Shown here in pieces: positions 53,765-64,000 of a DNA stretch of 64,000 nt. Both the position numbers and the translations under genes were made by a program. The notes under the pieces are model-generated. The model did not search any database. It had not been told where the DNA came from and saw only the letters and a list, made by a program, of their open reading frames with translations. Origin of the DNA: Dimorphilus gyrociliatus (Eukaryota > Animalia > Annelida); the NCBI GenBank assembly GCA_904063045.1, contig CAJFCJ010000027.1, positions 62,001 to 126,000 on the forward strand, in the 5' to 3' direction. The number at the start of each line of letters is the position of its first letter. Within the stretch, counting starts at the first letter, position 1.

Positions 53765-55529
53765 GTACTGGTATCAGCAAACCCTAAAGCGAAATCCGGT
53801 ATATTTTTTGTAGTTCCAACTAGATTTTCGGGTTCAACGCCGACCAATTCAAAGACACAAAGGTTTTATTGGAATATTTACAGGAAACTTTACCAATTAA
53901 CAATTGGAATAGTGAAAATACATAAAAAAAACAGAGGGGAAAAAGTTTATTTACAACCTTTCTAATTGATTCTGACAAGTTTTGAACAAAATTCCTTTAA
54001 TCACTGGAAATTCTATGCCGTCGATAGCGGATTTCGCTCAAGTAAAGTTCTATAGAGAAATCGAATTTTTCCAGTTTTACATCGCCTAATCTACTCAACA
54101 GCCTCTATGTAGAGAGGTGTTTGTAAAAAAAGAAAAGAATATTAAATGCGCCATCTATTATTTATAAATCACATTATTTAGGAGTAGAGTGCTTGTTTTA
54201 ACTACATGAAAATGTAATCTAAACGAGTTTTGAATAAAAGAACAACGTAAACCAATGAAAAACATATGCTAAACATACTTTAAAACTCTTAAATTAATTA
54301 AATAACTTTTCCTCTTATTCTCCCTCTCTTTCTCTTTCCCCTCCCCCTGCTGTCCTTCCTTCTCTCCCTCTCTCTCTCTCTCTCGTTCCTTTCTCTTCTA
54401 TATGTAAATGAGGTGTTTGCATAGTTTTTATTGGTGTTGAAATGCTTTTATTAAAGTGAATAAACAAATCGGCTAGACGGTTATAAAAATAGAGAAAACA
54501 CAGTTAAAAAAACGAACAAGAGACATTGAAACTGTAGGTAGAAAAAGCGATAATTTATAGTTAACCGTTAAAAATCACGTTCCTGCGGGATATAAAAATG
54601 TAAACAAAGTAATAAAGATAAAGTATGCTTCCTATTTGTTGAAATAAAATTAACGAGACGAAGGAAGAGGTGAAGAGTGGAGGAGAGGCGGAGGGAAGAG
54701 GAGGGGAGGGGAGAGGTGAAAATTTTAAAGGAGAAATAGGAGAAGGACGCGTACTGTATTGTTTTTATCGTAGAAAGTTTTCTACCTTTGTCTCTGTCGT
54801 TCTCTGCCTAAATACAAATACTGTATATTGTATATACACACAACACACATTTATATCCTTTCTCTTCTTTTTCCTCGTCTCTGCCGTTTTCCATGCCTAT
54901 CTGCTTGTTTTTCTCTCCTTCCCCCCTCAAATGCAACAGTCATCCTTCTTCCAGTCGGTAAATGTAGCCGCCCGACTATTTATATTAAGTATTCAGGGAA
55001 AGAGAAATAGTTTGTATACTTTGGATCTGAATGAACAAGGAGATTTTACTGAGGGGGAACATCTTAAAAAAACAGAGTCACTTTAAATATAATAAATATA
55101 CTGTCCTCTTATTACGAATAAATGAGGTCTCCTCTCAAAAGGAAAGCAGAGACGAGTTCTTTCAAAAAATTAATACATTCTATAATGAGAAAAAATATTA
55201 GAACTATGTATTTTTTTCTCTAATCGTCCCTTATCCCTTATCCCTCTTCTCTCTCTTCTCCATCATCTTCCTCTCTTTGTGTGTATCATTTTCTTTTTTA
55301 ACATCTTTTATCATACTTTATTCTTATTTGACCGAAATCAATTTTTACTTATTGATATGATAATTTTATTCACTAAGTTTTCTCTTAATCTCCTTCTAAT
55401 CGCTTTAAAAATTCCAATGGACAATCTACAGCAGTTGCCTTTAAGAAGATTGTAAATGAAAAACACGTTTTAAGCATTCGGGTTTATAAAATTCTACAAA
55501 TTACGCCATCTACCGTCAATTTCCGTTCC

Positions 55530-55560
<31 letters not shown>

Positions 55561-55995
55561 TCACTCTCTGGCTTTTGACTTTGAAACTAGTGTTGTCAAA
55601 GTGTACGTTATCGTTTTATCTGTAAAGCATACCTAATCGTGTATTTTTGCTAATCTCTTACGACTAACAGTGGATTTATATTTCAGATTTGTAATCGAAA
55701 TCACATCCAAACCGAACCCAATACGCCCAACTAATCATTAGTAAATAATAAGAAATGCATCGCTTTAGGTCGATGGAAAGGGAGTGAAGAGAGAGAAAGA
55801 GAGAGAGAGAAATGGGAATGGAGGTATTTAGGATAAATGAAGAGAAACTATGAAAAGAAACCAAAAGAAGTCTATAGAGAATGTAAAGAGAAAACGAATT
55901 AAAATTGGCTCAAAGGCAATAATAATTTATCTTTTAAAAATTTTATATAGCAATTATAACTTTTGAAATTGTCTGTTAGGAAAGATAATAAGAGA

Positions 55996-57771
55996 TTAGG
56001 CCTTTAAACGTCTTATTCCCGTAACTTGTTGTCGAACTTTCATTATCTTTTTCCTGAATGACAAACTTAGAGCGGTAAACTTTTCGAATGTAACCAAAAT
56101 TCCGCACAAAGAGGCGACAACACTCCAGGGTGTGACTGTATAAAGTAAGGTGGAAATTTCCATTAAGTTGTTCTTCCATTCGAAAAATATGAAAAAAGGT
56201 TCTCCAACGAATTTCTTTTTCCTAAATAATATGGTGCTAAACTGAAAGGGAAGAAGAGAGAAAGAAAGAATAACATTAAACAGTTTACATGTAAATGTTC
56301 AGCAAGAAACCTCTGTTTCAAAGTCCATTTGTTTTTCATTGACGTGATTAATCTCGTTAAAATCAATTCCCTTCACTTTCATTTTTATCCACATTCTCAT
56401 ATTGGCGGATAGTGCATAAGTCGGGTGTCTACCGTGCAACTCTTTCAGGTACTGACTGGGAGAAGGACTGAAGCAAAAAACAAGACACCAATAAGCGAAC
56501 GCCGAAAGAAGCAGGAAGAGTTTAATAAAGTAACTAAATCAAATAGATGGATGGATGAATGGATGGATGGATGGATGAATGAATGAAAGTCTAAAGAAAG
56601 AGAACATAAATAATAAATTAATCATATAAACTGTGTCAAAACAATGCCAGAAAAAGGTATAGCAAAACCCTTTTCCTTCTCTTATTTTAGTTTTGTTCAT
56701 GTTTATGTTTTCTTTCCCTTTCACCCACCTCTCCTCGATTTCCTTGTAGGAACTGATGATATAATACGAAACCGCGTAGAAATCCTTAGTCTTGTCTAGG
56801 CCTATGAAATGTAGGAAGAGTGCCTCGATTTCCTTAACCCGAGTAGGGCCTCTTTAGAGAAGAGTGATAAGATTAATGAATAAATATAGCAGTAAAGAGA
56901 TAAAAGGAAAGGAGAAATGAAAAAAATAACACTACTTGAAGACGAGAGCATTTCGGCTGAGATTATTAATTGGATCGTTATATGTAACATTCAAATATTC
57001 GCACGCCTTATTTTCAAGGTCTAATTCTTCTAGTTTCGCTGCAACATGATGAAAAAATTGTGGTAAAAAGAGGAAAAACAAGCTAGGCAGGTAGATAGGT
57101 AGTGGGTGACTGGGGGTCGGCAGGTAGCGATGACTGGATGAATAGCTGGATAGATAGATGGATGGATGGATGATGGATAGATACTAGGACAGATAAGTAA
57201 GTAGAAGGATAGACAGATAGGTGGGTAGATAGTTAGGGGGAGGAAGGGAGGAAGAGAAGGGCGCAAGAAAGGAGGATGGGAAAAGAATGAAAGAATGCAA
57301 GAAAAAAAAAATAAAAGAAATGAGATAAATAAAAAGAGAAAGATATCATACTTTTTGAGCCTATAATGTTATGGAAATAATGACTGCATGCAATGAAATT
57401 ATTACCAACTGGAAAGACGACAATAGCTGAAAAGAAAGAAAAGGGAAAAATAATTATAATATGAAAATTATGCTACGAGTTAAAAGCTTATGTAAATTAG
57501 CAAATAAGATAAGTATTCTTAACTGATGCATTCATCCTTCTTCATTTTGTTAAGTAACGAAAAAAAAAAAAAAGAGAAAAAAAGAAAGAGAAAGAAACTG
57601 GTACTCGATGTTAATGAGCTTTATATTTATCTTGATCGTTTTACACGTTCGTTTCTTATTCCTTCTGTATATTTCATACCATTAGATGTTGAGTCACTCT
57701 CTATATTCTGGAAAGGTAGTATATATAGTACATATACAAACAAACATATAGTATATACTAATATATGTAAG

Positions 57772-57803
<32 letters not shown>

Positions 57804-57924
57804 CATGTATTTATGCTAAGTCAATATATAAATAGAATATTTCTAAATATATCCCTTATAAATAACATCATACAAAAGCCTACACTTTGTCTTTTACCTC
57901 TCTGCCCCTTTCTCTTCCTCTTTC

Positions 57925-57974
<50 letters not shown>

Positions 57975-58856
57975 GGAAAGGGAAATTAATTTGGCTGGGG
58001 TTAAGCTATAAAAACGTTGTAATTTGGCCGCAAATCGAAAAACTTATTGCATTGACCCGCTGGGAGTAAAAGGCGTTTAACTTCTAGAATGCTCCTATTC
58101 ATTTAAGCTTAATTATAATTATAAGAGGAAAGCGGTCAATGAACCAAACAAACAGCTGTAGTGAATTTGGTAAACGATAAATATCTAGAAAAAGAAAAAG
58201 AGCATAACAAAAATCTTTTACTGACGTCTGGTAGAAGAAAGATGGTAAAAAAATAAGTCAGGGGAAGGTGAAATGGAAGAAAACAGGAGGTATTTGAAAT
58301 CAAACTGATCGTTTTTAGCTTAGGAGTATGCTTCATTCATTCATTCTATATAGAAAACATCAAACTCATTTTTTTTCCAACGCATTTTTTGCCTGGAGGT
58401 GGGCTGAAAAGTAAGAAAATAGTATGAGTGTCTATGTATTCTCTTACCGGGTGCTTTGTATTTATCAACTCTGTAGTATTTTAGAGATCTCACTGGATTC
58501 CTTAGAGATTTCACCAAGTCTTCAGTTGTTTTATAAATGAGAATTATCAAACCAAATACGACAATCAAATAGATAAAAACAACCACTATTCCCATACACA
58601 ATTTTCGTCCTGAAAACGAAGAGTCGTTGCCTTCTCCGTCATCGTTTTCATCGTAGTTCTCCTCCTCCTCATCGTCATCACACCCATTGAATGCATGTTC
58701 GTCGTCAGAGCAGTAACTATCCTCCCTGTTCCCATCGTTAGTTGGTTTTCTAGTACTCTTTCTCTTTTTCATTTCTTTCCTTTCCTCTTCCATTTCCTTT
58801 ATCGCCTGAAGGTGGTGAGCAGCGACGTGTTTGTTCTTCCGCTTTCTGTCGTCCAT
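55996..58856 (-). CDS. PACC1: Proton-activated chloride channel (PAC/TMEM206) homologue, about 379 aa; complement join(58448..58856,58154..58227,57680..57707,56936..57038,56729..56851,56311..56467,55996..56241)
   Basis: VFIYLIVVFGLIILIYKTTEDLVKSLRNPVRSLKYYRVDKYKAP aligns with human IFIYLLLMAVAVFLVYRTITDFREKLKHPVMSVSYKEVDRYDAPG. Also CEYLNVTYNDP...ALVFKGP, MRMWIKM, FFIFFEWK and TPWSVVASLCG, and both extracellular Cys are present. Boundaries of exons 2-3 are tentative (weak donors). Confidence 0.88.
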
Positions 58857-61800
58857 TTAGGGAATTCTTTAAAAAGAGGGCATAAAAAAAATACGAGTCA
58901 AAAGTGGATTGGTGTCTGGTAGGCGAATGTAAAAATTTTCGCGTCCGACTCTAGAGGCGGTAACCCGATGGACCGATAATTTTTATAAATTTCTTTTCAT
59001 CTATTGCTCAATAGAGTTGACTTTGTTTCATTCTATCGTTTCGCTGTTTGTAGTTTATAAGTAAAAATGTACTTCCTTACCCAAATAGAAGTGAATTTTT
59101 CCCATTCTTTTTTATAAGACATACAAGAATAAATTGTCTACTCCTGTAAATTTAATTTAGCTCTCTTCTATGAATTTCGTGAGTAGAAAGAGAGAAAAAT
59201 CAATTTTTTTCAGACTAAAATTGGGTTACACGATATTTTTTAACGAGAAAAATATGATTTCCTCTTCCTCTTTCTCTCTTTCTCTCTCTCTGTCTTCCAG
59301 CTAAGGCTATAAACTGGACCAAAATGAGAAATAGAGTAAGATGATGATAGATTTGTGCAACCCACTTTAAAAAAATGTATTTCTTCTATCTTTTAATGAA
59401 TTTTTTTACAAATGTATTGCTTAAATTAAAGGTACTCTTTCACTGATAATAAATACTTGATAAGCTTTTGCAGGTCGGATAAGAACACATGTAGCCAATC
59501 AGTGAATAACGTTTGTTGAAATGGAGAAAAAGAAGAGTAGTTTGTAGTTAATACGTGTACATAAAGGTTTTTTAAAATTTATACTCTTCTTTCATCTTTG
59601 AAAATCAACTAAAATATAGAATTGAAGAATTTAATTGCTAATAAAAATATACAAATCCAAACCTTATATTCCTTTTCACAACTGGGAATGTTTATCTATC
59701 TTCTCTCTCTCTCTTTCTCTTCTTTTCAAGTCTTTCAAGCAATCGAGATAAGGTTAGATTGTCTTCAATTAAAATTGTAGATAATTGAAATACTGTAACG
59801 CTAACTAACAGATCAATCGCACCACTCAAAAAGGGCAACGAGAATAGTAGAGAGGAACGGTGGCGTTCTAAAGGGAAGCACTCTAATATGTGGACATTTG
59901 AATAAAAATTGAGCTAGCGAGTGAGACAGGATAAGCGTATGAGAGAGCTGGCTTGCGAGGGAGGGATAAATAAAGTATAGGAGGAAGGAAGGAAGTAGTA
60001 ATAACTTTAGATGGTAATCGTAATAAAAAAATGCCCAATACAATTCTCCAACTTGGAAAGAATTGTTGAGGAAAGGGGAAAAAGAAGGATCAAACAAAAG
60101 TAGAGTAAAGAGAGTGATGGTCATTTTGTGTCAAAGATTTAATCAAAAAGAGGAAAAATGTATCAAATGTTTGTTACTATTATATGGATGGGCTATAAAA
60201 AGAATTTGTCTGGCTAATTGCTTCATTTGAATCTAATAGCGATTAGGCTTATTCGATTAGATTCGTTACACAAGCTATTACTCTAATAAGTGAAATGTAC
60301 ACCAGAGTTTAGCTTCCTTTCTTTTCGCTCTCTACCTCTCCTACTCTATCTTTTTCTTGCTGTTAAATTTAATTATGACCCTATTCGACAATTGATCCTC
60401 AAAGCACTCAGCCAAGTAGAAACGAAGACGTTTGCGTCACGAGTTTTTGGGTAGGCGTCGAACGTCATTGACCAACTTGTAGAGTTTTTAATGACAATGA
60501 ATCCTTTGAAATGATATTGAAATCTGGCTTAAAATAGAAGATGCTAATAATTATTCAATTTAATGAACTGCTTGATTTCTTATCATCAATTGATATCAGT
60601 CAATCTCTCATTCTATCTACGCATCTATCTTTCTATCTATAAATCATTTCTTTCCATTTTGGCGAATCAGTCTATGTATGTATCCTTAATAATAAATAGA
60701 TGTCTAACCGTTTTTGATTATTTCTTTTATATTTTTTTGGGCTTCATTTAGAAGAAAAAGACAATAAAATAGAAAATCAACTAAAAAACTATCAAATAAA
60801 AATGAAATAATAAAGAGAATAGCAACAAGAAAAGAAGAGACTCAAATACAAGAATATCGATGTAATGTATATATATATATATATATATAATTATATGTAT
60901 ATATGTGAAATATGTCGAAAATAAAACCTTTCAGTCTCTTAGCATGAAAACATATAAATAATTTAATTGATGAATAAATTATTCAAATTATATGGTAATT
61001 ATTCTCTAAAGAATTGATACTGAAAAAGCTGCATGTTACGGAAAAGACTGTAAAATTTTCACAAAGAGAATCAAATAGAAAGATAATAAATAGTTAAAGA
61101 GAAATAAATAGATTGAAGAAATGATGATACTATATATATATATTAGTATATTCATATCTTACAGCCAATGGAAATATCTGTTGTTCGTCTTGTTAAATTT
61201 GTAGTATCATACTCGTTTGGAGAGGATGTTAAAGAGTTTCGGGAAAGGTTATTCTGTTTAGATCCTTTCGGATAACTCCTTTAATCTTCACCTGACAGTG
61301 TAAAGCTCTAGCCCTTTGAATATACAACCAGAATTCTTTTTAACCAATACTATGGTCAATTCGAATTGTATAACGAGTTTGTTTCTTATTATTTGTTGGC
61401 TGTAATATACAAACAATAGACAAAAAACACATACAAACAGCGACCGAACTGATCTCTGCAAGGAAAAACTTTTGGACAGTTGACAATTGAAAACTTTGTC
61501 TATAGACAATAAGCCTTGTCAGGTTTAATATATTCAAAGATATTCACAAATATGTAAATTAGTCTTAGTGTTAACCTATTGGTAAAAAATTGTTCAAGTG
61601 TCCAAAAGTTGTACGTATAGAAGATATAAATGTTGATATATATATACTGTATATATTAGTATTTATGCATTATATGCTATATATGTATTTCTAAATCTCT
61701 ATATTATCTCCTTGATTTCATTTGCCATTGATTGAGGTATAAACAGTTTGCGAACAATATTTCACCTCATTGTATTTTTTCAGGATACAACAGTTTTACG

Positions 61801-62065
61801 ACAAACAAAGTGTAGCCATCGCTCTTCAATTCCTAATTCTTTTTTCTCTAACAAATAAGTTTTTTGGGGAATGAGACATTTTTTGTTTCCTCACATAAGG
61901 AAGAGAACTTGTAAAACAATGTTTCTAATGTTTGCTTTACTTTGTTTACTTGTCCTTTTCAACAGTCTTTTAAAAGAAAAACAGAATAAAGAGATAATAA
62001 GACTAATTATATCAACGAAATTGTTCGAATTGCCTATAATTCTTTATTCTTTTACTACTACTATT

Positions 62066-63412
62066 TTAAAGTGAAAAACTTACGGGATAGAGGAAAGTCG
62101 ATTGGGAATCTTCCGAGAAGCTATTCTTGGCAATACATTTGTATGATCCCATATCGTCGAGAAAGTTTGCATTCCTTATTATTAAATCCCCGTTTCGTAG
62201 AAGCTAATTTCGTTAAAATCATCATCAATATTAGTATGTTGCATCATTTATCTTCTTCATCTTACCTTATACTTTGACATATTTTCAGTTATTTTCTTAT
62301 TAATCCTGTTGTACCATGTGACGGTTGGCTTAGGGAAACCGGAAACCCTACAGAAGAGATGGGCATCAGTATGCTCCTCCTCCATTTTATTGGGACTCCA
62401 CATCGTTACTCTTGCTGGGATTTGATCTGCAAAAATTCAATTATCGTTATTAAAATCACCATAATCAATTGCTGAATTCTCCATTTATTTCCTTATTAAT
62501 TCTTCTACTTTTTTTCATTCGACAACGAATATAATATAGATGGCGCTGATGGTTTCTAAATGCGCTTTATATACAGAATATTTTATGGGAAAAACGCCCA
62601 TTTTAAAGGAAAGACTTTTATTAAAAAGAATTTAGTTGAAAGAAAACAAGAAATTGCTAAGGAAAACATGATTTATTTGACTATGGAAATTTTTCAAGAT
62701 CAAAGAGATTGGTGACGTCATAAAAGTATGAATGAAGTTTATCACTTCTAAAGAGGATATTGGTATTGTTATCTACGTTATTATTTGTATATGCTAAATA
62801 AGTTTGAAGGAAATTTATAAAAAAAAAAGAATTTAGTGAAAAAGAAAGGAAGAAGAAGAGAGACTAAGCAACGAGGGAAAGACAGATAGATAGAGAAGGA
62901 AGGATGGAAGAAGGGGAGAATAAATAAAAGGCTGAATGATTGATTGAACGAACAAAATGACAGAACAAACGAACGAAAGAAACGAATGAATGAATGAATG
63001 AATGAATGAATGAGTAAATAAATATATAGATGAACGAATAAAATTGAAATAAAAAAGAAAGTCGACAAGTACTTACGTCTCATTTCAGAGATCCTTTTCC
63101 CCTTATTCAACCTAGTACAATAGTTGTCTGCAACCTCTGTAATTGAGAAATATGGTTAATTAAGTTTATCGTCTATTCTTCATAGAATAAAACAGGCAAA
63201 CATAAATAAAGGTTATTAATTTTTTTACCTCCGTTAAGAGTGACGTCGAAATCTAGACGCTTTCTTTTGACTGGAGATTGAGCTACGCAAGTGTAGGAGC
63301 CAGCGTCTGTTTCATCAGCACAATCTATGAATAACTTTGATTCGGTGACGGCTAATGACAATTTCTTCTCTTCATAGATTGCATCATCATCAAGAACGGT
63401 TAAGGTCGAATC
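62066..63412 (-). CDS. ImpL2: ImpL2 / ZIG-type secreted two-Ig-domain protein, 3' part; exons complement(63229..63412, 62266..62426, 62084..62203); upstream exons not found in the window, last exon unresolved (read-through stop at 62066)
   Basis: SKLFIDCADETDAGSYTCVAQSP; PARVTMW...AHLFCRVSGFPKPTVTW; NGDLIIRN...DMGSYKCIAKNSFSEDSQSTFLYP. These match the ImpL2/ZIG family (LFIDC motif, terminal TFLYP). Introns are GT-AG and in phase. Confidence 0.82.
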
Positions 63413-64000
63413 CTGGTAAAAAAAGAAAAAGATAGAGAAGAGGTCAATAAAGGTTGTAGTAAAAATGTTTAGAAATTTTCTCAACTATTTCCTCTGTTTT
63501 GCAATTATAATTAATAGAAAATGGTACGTAACAAACACCTAATAGATGGAAATGAGACGAATAATGTCTGTCAAAGACTCTTGGACACGAGGCAGTTGTA
63601 TATATACACCTAAACCTATATATAATCATTCCCTCTATTCTACAAGCACAGGGAATATTTTATATTCTTCTATGTCCATGATTTGGACCGAACTAATTGC
63701 ATTATTTGGTTGATTTTTGGGGTTTCGTAGGTTATAATTAGTTCCTTTTGGTCATTGTTTTCGCTTAATAGAAGAGGAATATAGAAAGAGACGCATAAAT
63801 AATTTCCCCGATTCGTACATTTTAAATTGCTCAGAGGTTTTCTTTTGGATATTATGCAGATTTTGCAGTTTTTAACGATTCCCTTAATTCTTGGGATTTT
63901 GTTAAGAGAAACCGAGAAGAAAGAGAATGAGAAAAAATCAATAAATTTCTTTGATTGCTACTAAATGAACAGGAACATAAAACAAGTTTTCGCCTTTTTA

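Noticed and set aside
56754-56772. CTGATGA...CGAAAC hammerhead-like core
   Set aside because: No proper stem II or flanking stems; it is the antisense of PAC exon 5.
58245-58265. Possible U12 AT-AC intron end in PAC (branch-like TTCCCCTGAC, terminal AC)
   Set aside because: No RTATCCT 5' site upstream; the donor is GTAAGA and the AC end would be out of phase.
33199-62720. Three perfect CRE palindromes (33199, 35652, 62713)
   Set aside because: The count is only marginally above chance for 64 kb; only the one in the motif cluster is kept.
1-64000. CRISPR arrays, rRNA, tRNA, telomeric arrays, prokaryotic operons
   Set aside because: None seen; only isolated TTAGGG/CCCTAA hexamers, and the DNA is spliceosomal-intron-containing eukaryotic sequence.

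Overview
AT-rich, microsatellite-dense, intron-containing animal genomic DNA, most likely a bilaterian invertebrate (inference; the taxon cannot be fixed from sequence alone). No CRISPR array, rRNA, tRNA or recognisable transposase/RT was found. By manual splice reconstruction (GT-AG, phase-checked) I find 8 genes. Plus strand: (1) intronless TRPV-like ankyrin channel, (2) small NUPR1/p8 gene that the ORF track covers only in part, (3) orphan 669-aa Asp-rich disordered protein, (4) 10-exon SLC17 transporter, (5) 4-exon SLC16/MCT transporter. Minus strand: (6) 11-exon anosmin/KAL-1 homologue spanning 32.7 kb with a 23-kb first intron, (7) 7-exon proton-activated chloride channel (PACC1/TMEM206) homologue, (8) 3' part of an ImpL2/ZIG-type two-Ig protein. 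Most notable: the anosmin has no WAP domain and has a GPI-like tail; the two ends of its 23-kb intron carry a perfect 12-nt complementary pair; and the invertebrate PAC channel keeps the selectivity Lys but differs at several proposed proton-sensor positions. Comparisons with human proteins use recalled sequences and numbering and need confirming by alignment.
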